Source: the human T2T-CHM13v2.0 reference genome, Homo sapiens
DNA length: 64,000 bases
Reading direction: 5' to 3' (one strand)
NCBI RefSeq assembly: GCF_009914755.1
Contig: NC_060926.1
How positions within the stretch are numbered: the stretch's first letter is position 1; each line of letters starts with the position of its first letter. Below the pieces are notes generated by a model that did not search any database, was not told the origin of the DNA, and worked only from the letters and a program-made list of their open reading frames with translations. A program made the translations under genes and the position numbers. Of this stretch, positions 1 to 14,000 are shown piece by piece.

Positions 1-290
1 ACCAGTGGTTTGCCAGGGGCTCTCTGGCCTTCGGCCACAGATCAAAGCCTGCACTGTCGGCTTCCCTACTTTTGAAGCTTTTGGACTCAGACTCAGCCAC
101 TACTGGCTTCCTTCTTCCTCAGTTTGCAGACGGCCTATCATGGGACTTTGCCTTGTGATCATGTGAGTCAATTATCCTTAATAAACTCCCTTTCATATAT
201 ACTGGTGTGAGTCAATTATCCTTAATAAACTGCCTTTCATACATACATGTATCCTATTAGTTCTCTCCTTCTGAAGAACCCTAACTAACA
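1..290 (+). mobile_element. ERVL LTR, MLT2A2/MLT2B-like, 3' part (cut by window edge)
   Basis: Typical MLT2 text 'accagtggtttgccaggggctctc...ggcctatcatgggactt...tgtgagtcaa...aataaactccc...tcctattagttct...gaaccctaactaaca'. Confidence 0.85.
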
Positions 291-1112
291 AGCTTCCCTT
301 CCCACATTCCCCAGCAAGATTAACCACTCCTTCCTCTGGGTTACTTCCTGTACCTTACAGAGAATCTCATTATTTCATGAGTCACTCTTAGCTACACTAA
401 TTTGTTCCATATACATCATCTCTACCAGAAAGTAAGACTTTTGAGAGCCAAGTCTAGGTGCTACCTGTTTTGGATCCCAGTATTGGCATAGTACTTTTCT
501 CAAACATAAAGTCCCAGTAAAACTTGGTTGGCTTGGACCAAAAGACTATGTCAGGCCGTCAGAGATGGTGAAGAAAAGGGGGAAAGTAAAGTAAGGGAAG
601 GAAGAGGAGATGGAGAGAGTGGGAGAGGCAGGAGAGGAGCCAGAGTAAGAGGGGAGTATGGGGTCAAATGCTCAAGAGGTGATGGTTTTACTATCTTAAA
701 CTCGGATTTTTTGTGGCCAAAATGTTCTAATGTTCTTATGTTATACCCATTGTTTAACTGGTGTCAAAAGTAGATGAACAAATAGAATGATGGTATGAAA
801 ATGTATATGCTTCTAGGAGAAAGTCAAGTGTTAGGGAAGCTTTAGTTTGATATTGGCCAGCAAGGTGCTCTTAAAAGTATGGTAATTAGAGTTTTTTAAC
901 AACCTATGCTTGAGAATTATCATCAAATATCAAAATGTTTTCACATCTTTGTTCACCATGCCTTCAAATTACTCTATGACATTTCTCTAAGCATGTTCCA
1001 CAAACTCGGTAGTGGGGAAATAAAAGATAAAATGATTCCTTGTTCAGAAATAATTTAGAACACAAGTGAAATGGCAAACTGTCTTTCTTTAATGCTACCC
1101 AGGTCTGTAAAC

Positions 1113-1250
1113 GTCTCACTCTGTCACCCAAGCTGGTGTGCAATGGTGCTATCATAACTCACTGCAGCCTCAAACTCCTAGGCTCAAGTGATCCTCCAAC
1201 CTCAGCCTTCCAAAGTGCTGGGATTATAGGCATGAGTCACTGTATCTTGC
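1113..1250 (-). mobile_element. Alu monomer (FRAM/AluJ-like)
   Basis: Reverse complement reads 'gactcatgcctataatcccagcactttggaaggctgagg...gaggctgcagtgagttatgatagcaccattgcac...gacagagtgagac'. Confidence 0.85.
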
Positions 1251-2197
1251 TTGTTATGCATTTTAAGTCTCTAAGAATATGCAGAATTTTTTAAACTCAA
1301 ATTACCATAAAATTCCTTTTTGATACTTCATCCCCTGGGACTAGAATTCCTTGAAATACATCTTAGAAAATGAAGTTCTACATAGCAGAGTACCATTCTC
1401 CACCACTTATAAATAAAGACACAGACACTAAAGAAATAAAGTAATTCTTGAAAGCCACATGCTCCTCAAAGTCTCAAGAGCATGTGGCAAATAACAGTGA
1501 GGATTCAAAACAAGTATCAGAGGAATATGTTCACTATAACTCCTAATCACTTTGAATGTAATGCAAGTTACATCTTAGAAATGCTTATTTTGGCCTAAAT
1601 CAAATTTCATACTTTAGGATTAGGTGAATGACCTTACGTATAGAGACCCACATGCACCCTTGGACCTGAAACTGGCTAATATAATGAGCAAAACCCCCAG
1701 TCTGGGCTGCAAGGTTAAAGTATTACACATAGATGGTGGAGCTACCTGCCCCCACAGTGACATGAGCCATGTAGAATAATCTCCCCCAGCATAAGAACAA
1801 TTGTTGAAATGGAGACTTTTATAAATTTTAATAGAAATACACACTTACCGATGTCTAGATACTAAAATACATGATTAGATTAACAAAGAGGTTGGAAAAA
1901 GGAAGATATTCACATTGCAATGTAAGTTAACTTCTTTTGTCCTACAAAAGCACTGGAAATGAAAATATCTGGTCACAGTTTTCCTCACATAATAATAATT
2001 TCATGAAACAGATGTTCTTGAAGGCATAACCTCCTTTTCAGCTGATCATTATTTTTTCTCCAATGTATCACTGTAGATTCATATAATCTGTAGGAAAAGC
2101 AGTAGAGCAGAGATCAAGAGACTTGGCTCTGTTGTCAACTTGTTGTATGACCCTAGGTAAGTCCTTTGTTTCTCTAAAATTTTGTTGTTCTAAACCT

Positions 2198-2496
2198 AAG
2201 CTGTCTCCTACAGTAGCTACTAGACACATGTGGCTATGAATCACTTGAAATTAGGATAGTCCAAATTGAGATATATTGTACATGTACAACACACATCAAC
2301 TTTTAAATTTTATATGAAGAAATTACTTATTAATAATTTTTATATTAAACACATATTGAAATGATAATATTCCTTATGTATTGAATTGATTAAAATATGT
2401 AATTAAAATTGATGTTATCTGTTTCTCTTTTAAAAGTAGCTACTAGAAAAATTAAAATTACATCCCATGGCTTGGTTTATATTTCTATTGACAGCC
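2198..2496 (-). mobile_element. MER33-like hAT-Charlie DNA transposon remnant
   Basis: 'gtagctactagacacatgtggctatgaatcacttgaaa...gtagctactagaaaaattaaaattaca...atttctattgacagc' matches the reverse complement of the MER33 consensus. Confidence 0.75.
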
Positions 2497-4940
2497 CCAG
2501 CCTGATCGATCAATGAGGTGGCTGTTCAAGACTACCTCAGAGTTGCCTTGCAGCTCTAAACTTTTAAGATGGAATGTGTGAAAAGGAGTGGAGCTGGGAT
2601 GATCTGAGGCATAAATGTTAATAGAAAGAAGCAAACAAGATAATGTTCCCAAGGAGACTCAGAGCATTTAGAAGCACGTGGGAACCACAGGCTGGGGCAG
2701 GAGAAGGGAGGGGAGGGAAGGAAGCACTAAGTGGGAAGAAGAACAGAAACTCTCATGATGTTGTTAAGGGTTAGTATTGACAGATTCAACCAATTTTATG
2801 TCCTTTGTTTTGCTCCTTACTCCTTTACACAAGTACATACTGGTTGGAAGTTTCTGGAAAGAATTTTTTAATGTTAGTGGATTAATAAAAGGTTAAGTGG
2901 CTAAGGAAGAAGAAATAGAGAAAGAATTTCTGGCTCTATAACTTGCAACCCAGTCCTTCAATCTCCCACGCATCTTCCTCGAACCTCATTCTAAGCCCCT
3001 TGGGCAGACAGACCACAGAAGATTTCGTGGTGGAAAAGAGCATTGAAAAGGACTGTGAGAATAAATGGCATTTAGCTTGGTTAAGACAGCTCTGATGCAG
3101 GAGGAAAGTGCTTCTCATGACCTTTCTCTTTAGCAAAAAAAGACAAAGAAAATTCAAATGTGGTAAACTGACTCTGAAAACAAAAATGGCCAGAGAATGA
3201 AGCTATTTTACATATATGGTCACCACATAATTACAGACAAAATTTTCTGGAGCCCTGGCTTATAATTTCAGAGATGTCTGAGCAAGGAAAGATGAGAAAT
3301 TCATACACTAGCATCTTGAATCTAACTTCTAGAGAAGTCTATCCAGAATGAGAAGAAGGAAAAGTTGTGAACTTGCTAGGGAAAGGCGAGACAAGGTTCA
3401 GGTGAGTCTTTTGAAGAATCGTAGTGACAGAGAAAACAACATTAGAGGTCATTTGCTAGTGTTTCTCAGAGGGGAAGGACTCATTAGCATTTTGATTGAT
3501 ACAGTTCTTTAGTTTGTGGGAAGTTTGACATATCTGGTCTCAGGCTTTCAACTGCCTTTAACACCTACCACCCACCACCCATTGTGACAGCTGAAAATGC
3601 CCTCACGATTTCCTAGAGGTCCTGTCTTCCTTTCTTCTTCCTGTCTCCTCTTGAGAACTACTGAAGCTACAACATCTCACCCCCTTCTGAAAAACCCACC
3701 CCAGTTTTACAAACAAGATTAAGTCAGAACCAAGTGGGGGGAAAAAGACTCTGAATAGTCTTTGGATTGGTTGGTGGTAGGCCTTCACTACAATCCAAGC
3801 CGTACAACTCTTAATCCACTGCATATTGTCTCAGGTTTGTTGAGAAAAACAGCATAGGATCGTAATACATTCTGGAAAACCTGTATTATCCAGGTGGCAC
3901 TGCATTATGTCCAGACCATGACAAGGAAACTTCCAACAATCTTTTAACAGATAAACATCTGTTGATCACAGGGGATGAAGATCCAAAATTCATTTCTGAT
4001 GTTTAAAAACCATTTCAAAATTTCTAGAAAGAAAAGATAATGCACAACAAGATGTTCCAAATAAATTACAATTTTTAAACACCAAAATACATATTATTCA
4101 ATGTTTATTCCACAGAACCGATTAATCACGGCAACAACTTAACCTTGAAGTCTAAATCAACTTTGGCTTAGCTTTGGATGAACGAAGGTTTGTTCAGTTG
4201 TGACTGTTAGAATAGCCCCAGAAAGTTTCTGAAGTGGATCCTGTCATACAGAGAAGAATAAATGATAATGATGATTTTCTATATGAGGAACATAGTTTTA
4301 CTAAGTTAGATGAGTTCTAGACAAGGAAAAACATCTGCTGGGGATAGAGGAAGCACTGTACTCACTAACATGCAATTTTTAATGGTAATTTTGGTTATAC
4401 ATATCAGTTTATTGAAATGTATTGGGGGGAAAAGTGTAAATCTCAAAAGCCAATCTCACAAGGGAGTCAGAGAAATTACACTTTAGCTATCATTTAATCC
4501 AATCTCATCATTTTAGGTACAGAGACACTGAGGCCAAGACTGGGAAATGAAATTACCTTTCTTCAAGAAATGACTCTAACCATCTATCACAAAGTTGGGA
4601 CAGTATTATAATTAAGAAATGGGTCTTAAAGGAATCAGGAAATAAGAAAGATTGTTTTCCTCCAAGAAATATTTGGTAGCTTAATTTCGTGTGTGTGTTC
4701 CTTTTGCATGTTTTAAAATGACTGGTGAAACTGGTGACATTTGGTATTCAATCTTTTCCTCTTAAAAAAATGAAGCAAATACATTAAATCTCTTTCAAAT
4801 GCAGAGATTAATAAAAACAGTTCTTCAACTGGGTTTAAAAACCTTTTTTCATGCTGTATAAAGAAAGTTATTTTATTTTTTGACTTAGAAATATCCGATT
4901 AGCTGCACTGTAACTGCTTGTAAGATCTTTACTACCCTCT

Positions 4941-5357
4941 TGTGATGGTTAATACTGAGTGTCAACCTGACTGGATTGAAGGATGCAAAGTATTGATCCT
5001 GGGTGTGTCCTTGATGGTGTTGCCAAGGAGATTAACATTTGAGTCAGTGGACTGGGAAAGGCAGACCCACTAATGTGGGTGGGCACCATCTAATCAGCTG
5101 CCAGCACGGCCAGGATATAAAGCAGGCAGAAAAACGTTAAAAGAGTAGACTGGTCTCGTCTCCCAGCCTCCATCTTTCTCCTGTGCTGGATGCTTCCTGC
5201 TGTCAAACATCGGACTCCACGTTTTTCAGTTTTGGGACTCGGACTTGTTCTCTTTGCTTCTCAGCTTGCAGATGGCCTATTGTGGGACTTTGTGATTGTG
5301 TGAGTTAATACTTAATAAACTTCCATATATATATATATATATATATATGGATACCCT

Positions 5358-5412
<55 letters not shown>

Positions 5413-5451
5413 CTCTTAGTTCTGTCCCTCTAGAGAACCCTGACTAATACG
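4941..5451 (+). mobile_element. Solo ERVL LTR MLT2A1, full length, with internal (TA)n
   Basis: Starts 'tgtgatggttaatactgagtgtcaac', ends 'ctagagaaccctgactaatacg'; near-perfect 5-bp TSD cctct (4936-4940) / cctcc (5452-5456). Confidence 0.88.
5325..5409. repeat. (TA)n microsatellite, interrupted
   Basis: Two long AT dinucleotide runs separated by 'ggataccctattataa'. Confidence 0.95.
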
Positions 5452-6242
5452 CCTCCTGAAGTTATTTATTTGTTGGTTGGTTAGTTGTCTCTTCCCACAT
5501 GGCCCACCTAGTGTTTTCAATTAATAATGTTGAATCTCCATTTCCATTAAACTTACAAATACATTTTGAGGATTTTTGCTTCTAAGAAAGAGGGAGATCT
5601 TCAAGACACAGCAACTATTCCACAAAAAAGCAATCAGAACAGCAAGATACATGAAAACAAACAAACAAATAAACATGTATTTCAAAGAATCAGAGAAGCA
5701 ATGAAGAATGAAGACTGTAATTACCCCAAGAAGGAAGCCCCTTGAAGAGGCACCCTGAGCACTTTCAGCAATAGCTGGATGTGGTCATGGGTCTTGGGTG
5801 TGAGCTGAAAGTGGACTATCTGGTTAGAGGCAGGTGAGGGGCCTCTGCTGTGAGACAGAAACCAGTGGAGCTAATCTCAGTGCAAAGGATTGCGGGGACC
5901 AAATTAGACATTTGCATGCCCTCAAAGAGTCAGTTTTCATCAACCAAACATGTGCAAAATCCCAAACATAATACCATTCAAACATATACTAAAAGTGCAT
6001 AGATCAGGAGACTAAAAGGTTAAGTCAAATTTTCAAAACAGCAGAATGGAACTTCCCTGCAGTCTCCCACGCTAAGGAAATAAAACCTACAGGAGAACCA
6101 CAGATGAGAGTGGGAATGTCTTGAGACCTGGTGACTTTCACTGAGGCCTCCAACAACTTTTTTCCAGGGGACATTTGCCCATGTGGGGAGAGCTGGCAAA
6201 AGGCTGCTGTTGGGATATAAAGAAACTAGCAGAACTGAGGCC

Positions 6243-6640
6243 TTACCCCATTAACAGCAAGTCCTCATTTCTCCTCCCCCCAGCACCTGCCAATCCCTAT
6301 TCTATTCTTTGTTTCTGTAAGTTTTACTATTTTAGATATTTCACAGAAGTGGAATCATGCAGTATTTGTTTTTCTGTGATTGGCTAGTTCATTTAGCGTA
6401 ATATCCTCCAGGCTCATTCATGTTGTTGCATATGGCAGGGTTCCCTTCCATTTTATGGCTGAATAATATTCCATTATATGTATATACCACATTTTCCTTA
6501 TCTATTTATCCATCTATGAACATTTTCTTGATATTTGCTATAAAACATTGTGTCTATAAAGTACTATATTGTGCATTTAAAAATTTAAGAGGGTAGATCT
6601 CATGTTAAGTGTTCTTGCTACAATGAAAAAAGATAAAAGA
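6243..6640. mobile_element. Old L1 (L1MB-like) 3' end, with an inverted upstream segment
   Basis: 6243-6525 is antisense L1MB 3' UTR ('gtggaatcatgcagtatttg...ggctgaataatattccatt'); 6526-6640 is the sense 3' terminus 'aagagggtagatctcatgttaagtgttcttgctacaat' plus A-rich tail. Confidence 0.75.
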
Positions 6641-6739
6641 AAATAAAGGACATATAAAGCTCCTAAAATAATGCATAGCACATGGTAAGCAATAATAAAT
6701 GTTAACTATTTTAACACCCACAAAAAAATAAAAATCAGA

Positions 6740-7095
<356 letters not shown>

Positions 7096-7369
7096 CTAAA
7101 GATCCCAAGCTGGACTCTGCCTGAAGAAATTGGCTCCCTAAAGAGGTGAGACAAGCACCTCTCAAAAAGGCAGAGGGGAAATTCCCAGTCTCTCAGTTGT
7201 GAGCATACAAACAACTACCAGGCTCTCAAGTGACAATCTTGGTGGGTGACACGTCAGCAACAGGGGCAAACCAGAGGCAGACTACGTCTCACAAGCACTA
7301 CCCACCTTGCCTTGTCCCAGCTTGGTCATGCAAAGTGGTCAGCAATTCATAAAATAAAACATCATTTGG

Positions 7370-8170
7370 GGATCCTACCAATTTGCATATAACATGTCTA
7401 GCCATCAATCAAAATTAATGGGGATGTGAATATACAGTACAGTATGACCAAAAACTAAAAGAAGATACCAGAAGCAGAGTTAAGAGCATTAGAGATTGCA
7501 GATATATACATTAAAATAACTATGATGAATATATTGGAGAAAATAATAAAAAAAAAGATGGAAGCTAGGTGCCGTAGCTCACTCCTGTCGTCCCACCTAC
7601 TTGGGCTGAGGCAGGAGGATCACTTGAGCCCAGGAGATCCAGGTTGCTGTGAGCTTTGATCACGGCACTGCCCTCCAGCTTGGGTGAGAGAGTAAGATGC
7701 CGTCTCCTAAACAACAACAACAAAAATGGACAAAATAGACTAAAAAAACTGGAGAACTTACATAAGTAATTAAAAATTTTTAATAATTTCAATGGACAAT
7801 GGGCAATATATTAATAAAAATATAATAAAATTTTAAACTCAATAAGTGGGTTTAACAAGATTGGACCCTGAAAAAGACAGGATTCATGAACTGGAGGACG
7901 GATTAATCGAAAATATTCAAACTACAATTTAGAGAGAAAAAACTGAAAAAACAAAACAAAACAAAAAAACCTACAGAATATAATGGCCTTGTGGGATACA
8001 GTCTATTTGTAGGTAAAAGGATTGTGCATGTAGAAAACACACACACAAAAAAACACTACAATCTGTTAGAATTAGTTAATTTAGCAAGGTTACTGGATAT
8101 AAGGTTTTTATTTTTAAAATCAATTGTATTTCTATATATTAGCAGCAAAATACAAAATTTTAAAACTTTT
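7370..8170 (+). mobile_element. Degraded old L1 (L1M) ORF1/ORF2 fragments, interrupted by an Alu monomer
   Basis: A-rich L1-like text 'aaactcaataagtgggtttaacaagattggac...', 'tttagcaaggttactggatataaggt...aaatcaattgtatttctatatattagca'. Confidence 0.65.
7564..7725 (+). mobile_element. Alu right-arm monomer (FRAM/AluJ-like)
   Basis: 'gaggcaggaggatcacttgagcccaggag...gtgagctttgatcacggcactgccctccagc' plus (CAA)n tail; degenerate TSD aaa(g)atgga. Confidence 0.85.
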
Positions 8171-8469
8171 AAAATGTTCCTAACACTCCTTCATTGGTTT
8201 TCAGGTATACCTTGAACAAAAGCTGTTCAAGTCACCTAAGGTCAGGCTAAAACTGAATCCAAGGGTTTCATTAGGTGAAGTCGTTACCTGCGGTGATGGA
8301 AGCAGGAAAACAGAGAGGTCTGGGCACTAAGCTGATCCCTCTAAACTGAGGTTGTGTCACTTCTCACCACCCTTCAATGCCCAGCTTCTGCTCTGGTCCA
8401 CCTTAAAGCATGCCTTTCCTGAGCCTCTTCAACGACTGGTGCTTTCATTTTGCATGACACTAGCCACAC

Positions 8470-8625
8470 CTCAGTGTAATGATCTGTCCATGTGTCTTTT
8501 TCTGTCCATGGCCTGTGACCTCCTTGAAAGTAGGCATGATATCTCCTTCATATCTGTGATGCCAGGGCTTAGCATAAGTGCTAATACATGTTTGCGAGAT
8601 CATACATGAAAAAAAAATGTTGAAA
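8470..8625 (+). mobile_element. L2 3'-end fragment
   Basis: 'ctgtgacctccttgaaagtaggcatga...ccagggcttagcataagtgctaatacatgtttg'. Confidence 0.55.
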
Positions 8626-8849
8626 AGTGGAAATATCTGTCCAAAAAGAACACTATGAGTCAAAATACAAAAATCAAACTTAGATTGGGAATAGAAACAA
8701 GATAGGAAAACAAAAGGCTAGCAACGAAACAGGTGAAATAACAGAGAGGGAAGTGGAGAATGAGAATCAGGTCCATTCACTAATTTTCTCATTTCCTTGA
8801 CACACTACAGCACACATAAATTTGGCCATAGGTTCATAAAGCAGGATTA

Positions 8850-9078
8850 AGGTAATGGTCTTTTGAGTATGGGGTTAAATCTTAAGTGTACAGTTAATGT
8901 AGAATATCTCCATAGGCAGATTGCTAAAAATTTATTGACCTCAGTTTATTTAAAAAGGATAAAATAATATCTAGCTAGTAATAGCTACCCAAGAGGGTTG
9001 AGATGAGGATTCAAGGAGAGAACACTCATAAAACACATGGTGCATTGCCTGGCAAAGAGTGCTCTCATAAACAGTAGC
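8850..9078 (+). mobile_element. MIR
   Basis: MIR core-like 'cctcagtttatt...ataatatcta...gttgagatgaggattcaa...tgcctggca...ctcataaa'. Confidence 0.55.
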
Positions 9079-9152
9079 CTAAACCAAATGAATCCTAGAG
9101 CCCCACAAGGCTCCATCTCAGAGCAAGATCACATTATAAACCAAAGAAAACA

Positions 9153-9467
<315 letters not shown>

Positions 9468-9642
9468 TTAGCTCCATGCATGGTGGTTCACACTTGTAGT
9501 CCCAGCTACTTGGGAGGCTGAGGCACAAGAATGCTTGAACCGTGGAGGCGGAGGTTGCAGTGAGCCTAGATCATGCCACTGCACTCCAGCCTGGGCAACA
9601 GAGCAAGACTCCGCCTCAGAAAAAATAAATAAAAATAAATAA
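9468..9642 (+). mobile_element. Additional AluS right monomer fused after the AluY
   Basis: 'ttagct...tgtagtcccagctacttgggaggctgagg...ggaggttgcagtgagc...gcaagactccgcctc' plus (AAAT)n tail. Confidence 0.9.
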
Positions 9643-11569
9643 ATAAACCAAAGAAAACAAAGAAAAAAATTAAAAACACGGTTTACTACCACCAACTAAA
9701 TATTATGAAGTACAGCACTTAAAATCTCTACAGTCTCTTGAGAAAATACCCTTTTAAGACAGAATAAATATATTTTCTTACCCTTTCTCTTTCACTATTG
9801 ATGCCCTTCTTAATATCCTTTACAATAATAGTGATTCATTTTCGAAATTCCCCTAATTCTCTACCTCAAAAGCCGTCTCTGACACCCACCTCGGTGGCCC
9901 TTTGTCTCTTTTCTCCTACTCCACTCTCACTATTCATTTACTATTTGACAAATAACTGAGTAACTTGTGCCAAGCGTTAGGTATGAGTTGGTGAATTATG
10001 CACCATCGATCTTTGCTTTTCTAACTGTTGTAATCTCTCTATTTTGTAGGTTCTCTTAGCCTTTCTGTTCACTCTTCCAAAGAAGATGTCCCATTTTTTG
10101 ACACTTATAAAACAACAAAAAAGGAACACTCACCCATTTTTTTTTATCATACTGAATCTGCTTGAAAAGTATCTTTCCAGGTTGATAACTCCTTTCCTTA
10201 AGTTAGTTATTCCATAGACAAAATACTTTTAAAAACGATCTGTACCTTCATTATCACCAAAGATCAAAGCTAAACTGTGGCAGGCATAGAACATGGGTCT
10301 GGAGAAGAAAATACAAGTGTGTGTTGAGGAAGATTAGAAGAAGCAAGAAGGACAAAACACAACTCAGAAACCAATGACCTAAAGGCCTATTTAAACCTCA
10401 TCATATGCCCCAGTAATTTAATACAAACTTGTATTGCCTTATAGTTAGTTAACTCATCATAGGTCTGTGCCTTATTTCTCAAGCTCCAAATAAATTGTGA
10501 ACTTCTCAAAGGCAAAATATTAAGCATCTCATAGCACCTAGTCTTGCTGTGAAAGGTCACAGAATAAGGAAGGAATAAAGAAAGGAAACAATTGAAGGAA
10601 GGGAGAAGGAGCAAGAATAAAAAGCAGTGACTCAATATTCCTTTATCCAAGAGAACTGGCCAAGGTCTCTTTTCGGATGTAGTATGTCTGCTTATGAATG
10701 GCCTTCCAGGGCCCAGTCTTAAGCTCTTCTCTGATGCCTGCTTAGAAATCAACTAAGAGACATTTATTTAATGAAGTGCCAATAGGTTCCAATTCTGTGC
10801 TAGCTGCAGGGCTTTTGAGCAGAGGGAAAAACTAGGTTCCCATCCCTGTGGAAGGGCAGGAAGGCTCCTGGGATGATCGCTATTCACCAAGAAAAGGAAT
10901 AGAAGTACTGATTTGATATAAAATAAATAACAGTTAGTCATACACATTTGTTGTTTTTCTTTCTCCTTATGTAGGTGCTACATTGCTCCCTGAACTAATT
11001 GCCTAATTACAGATGGTGAAAGCATTTAAAGGATTAAAGTGAGATCCCTCACATGTAATGTGGAGGTAGAGATGTTTATTCATTGCTCCACTGAAAAATA
11101 CTACATCTTTTACAGCCACTGAAACATTCATTAATCTGCCCCCTCTACCCATGTGTTTAACCAGTATTAATCTCTCTAAGGTATCACTAAATACCACTGG
11201 CCATTTATACTAAGCCCTTTAATTAATCACATTAGCCATCCTGTGTTGACCCTCTTCTCTCCTGCATGCCATTCATGCAATTTCCTAGGGAAAGAAGTAA
11301 AACACACATTTTTATCAATGGCCACAAGGCACGTGTAACCAATTATTCCTTTAAAATTGGAGTCACCAACCTTTCTGACAAGAAAGGTTAAAATGTTGCT
11401 ATTTTTATTTTGACATATAAATGTGGCTGACATTTTTATTCTGCTCTATATTTTGTAGAGGAGGACAATAAGAGACATACACAAGGAAGAACCTACTGCT
11501 CAAAAACAAAATCAGAGTTCCGTGTAAATCAACATGCCTCTCTTCTTCAATGCCAGGACACTTGGGGGA

Positions 11570-11950
11570 TGCATTAGTCATGATAAATCAGGTTATACTG
11601 CAGTAATAAACAACCCCCAAATTCCTAGTGGCATAACATAAAAGTTTATATCTCATTCATGCAAATTTCACTGCAAGTCTCAGTGATGCTCCTATGGTTT
11701 CTGAGCAATGCACTCTGCTTCAATTGTGTGGCCTCTTCCCTAACAGGAAGCCTCTTCCCTAACAGGGAGGATAATTTTCAGGCTGCAATACTCCAAGTGG
11801 GCTTTTTACCATCTCAGCCTGGGGTGACAGATGTCACTTCCAAGACTAATCATATAGTCCTGTTCAACTATGAAGAGACTAAGACATTCAGTCTTTTTTG
11901 TGTCCTGAAAGAAGAGAAGGGGAAGCAGATAATGATAAATACTGGTAATG
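11570..11950 (-). mobile_element. Old MaLR LTR (MLT1J/K-like)
   Basis: 'attagtcatgataaatcaggttatactgcagtaataaacaacccccaaattcctagtggcataaca...gtttat' terminal motif. Confidence 0.6.
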
Positions 11951-12203
11951 TTTATCTGAGAAAACTAAGTTCACTTGTCTGTACTGAAACTACCTGTTGG
12001 TTATAATAATGAAACGTTATCTAATACAATGAATGCTAGATTACAAAGAACGTTCCATTTCCTTATCTCATTGGTTTTAATTGTATTATGTTTATATCAT
12101 TATATTTTATTATGTAACTCAAAGACTAAACCTTGAGTGAATAGGAATTTAGTTGAGCGAGAAGTGCCCAAACTGTCTACCACTATGTATTTCTATCAGG
12201 TGA

Positions 12204-12515
<312 letters not shown>

Positions 12516-13944
12516 TAAAAGCCTTCTTATGCTGGGCACCATGATTCAAGATGACAAGGACTTTCTAAGGTGGGGTGTATAATTTTTCATGTGGGGGGGG
12601 GGTCCATACTTTTCAGCAGATTCTCAAAAAGTTTTCATTTTGCTGGTCTATTGACTCCTCTGCAAAATGTCTCTTACTGATCTGATCCTCCAGAACATCT
12701 GTTAAGTGCATAGCATAGGCAAGTGGACAAAATAGGTCACTGAGAAAGGAATTTAAGAAAAGAAGTTGAGAGAGAAGAGATGTTCAGCAATTGGAGCGAT
12801 GGAGTCTGGGACAACAGGTCCAGCAAGAGGAGGTGAATGTCTTGGAGAGTGGCAGGAAGGGAACCAGGAAACAGAGTACAGAAACAAAGGAGAGCAGCAA
12901 TATTTAGAAGACAACCATTTGTGCATTTGCATTTTGCAGAGTCTCAGGAGAGTCCCTTATCCATTCCTAGGTGCTGATGCTCTGCCTCCAGAGTTTGCTT
13001 TCCACCAAGCCTCTGGTGAGAGGTTTGGTATGCATCCAGACACTTAGACCACATTTTCTAGAACTAGGGATTAGCATATACAAAGAAATGTTTTAAAAAT
13101 GAGTGCTATGATTCATTTAGCATTCACATATTAAGTTTGAATAAATTATCCCTTATAGTATCCTTGTGTCTAAAAGCTAGATCTGCTCTTTACTGGTGGG
13201 ATGGTAAAAGGGTGAGACTCTTGTGTAGAAAAATCCAGCAATGTCCATGGAAAACTAAATGAAACATTTAAAGAAAAAATTGTATAGAAATGAAATGTTA
13301 TCTCACAAAAGATAGAAACCCGCAACCAATTACTACTGCTACCGCATAGTTCAATCTCTGAGGGAGGCTAAAGTCATTTTATTTTTTAAATTTAAAATCA
13401 AGGAAATTGGTTTATTCTGAAATCCCAAGAGGTTTTTCATAAAGTGACAATGTTCAAACACAGTTTAAAGGACATCTGGTGTACCTGAGCAAGTAAGCAC
13501 ACCTTTCCCACATAAGATAAACCTGCCCTCCCAGCTCAGCCTAAGTCACTAGCCCTTCCTTCTGCATTCCTGGGGGGAAAGAAACACTTTAGCTGAACTG
13601 CAAAATCTGTGGATTTAAAATAGTCTTCTGACTCTCTGCTTTGTCAATTAACATCACACCTGTTTGTCAGAAGCCACCTTAGAACCTCAGGGCCCCACAG
13701 ACTTGACAGGACCCTCTGATGGCAACTAAAATTTCTGAGGATGTGCCATATGCCTGTAAAACAGCACCTTCGAAAATTACAGCTTGGCTTTTCTGACACA
13801 TTCGAGTACCAATCTGCTTACATGTTTGTTACCCAGACAGACTTCTCAAAAAGGGGGAAAGGAACTTTGTCTTTTCATCTTTGACTTTATACCTAATGAT
13901 ATTAATCATATAGCAGGGACTTAATAACCTATTAAAAAGAAAGA

Positions 13945-14000
13945 TGGAAGGAAGTAAGGAAGGAGGGAGGGAGGGAGGGAAGGAAGGAAGGAAGGAAGGA
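13945..14000. repeat. (GGAA)n/(GGGA)n purine microsatellite
   Basis: ggaaggaagtaaggaaggagggagggagggagggaaggaaggaaggaaggaagga. Confidence 0.9.
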
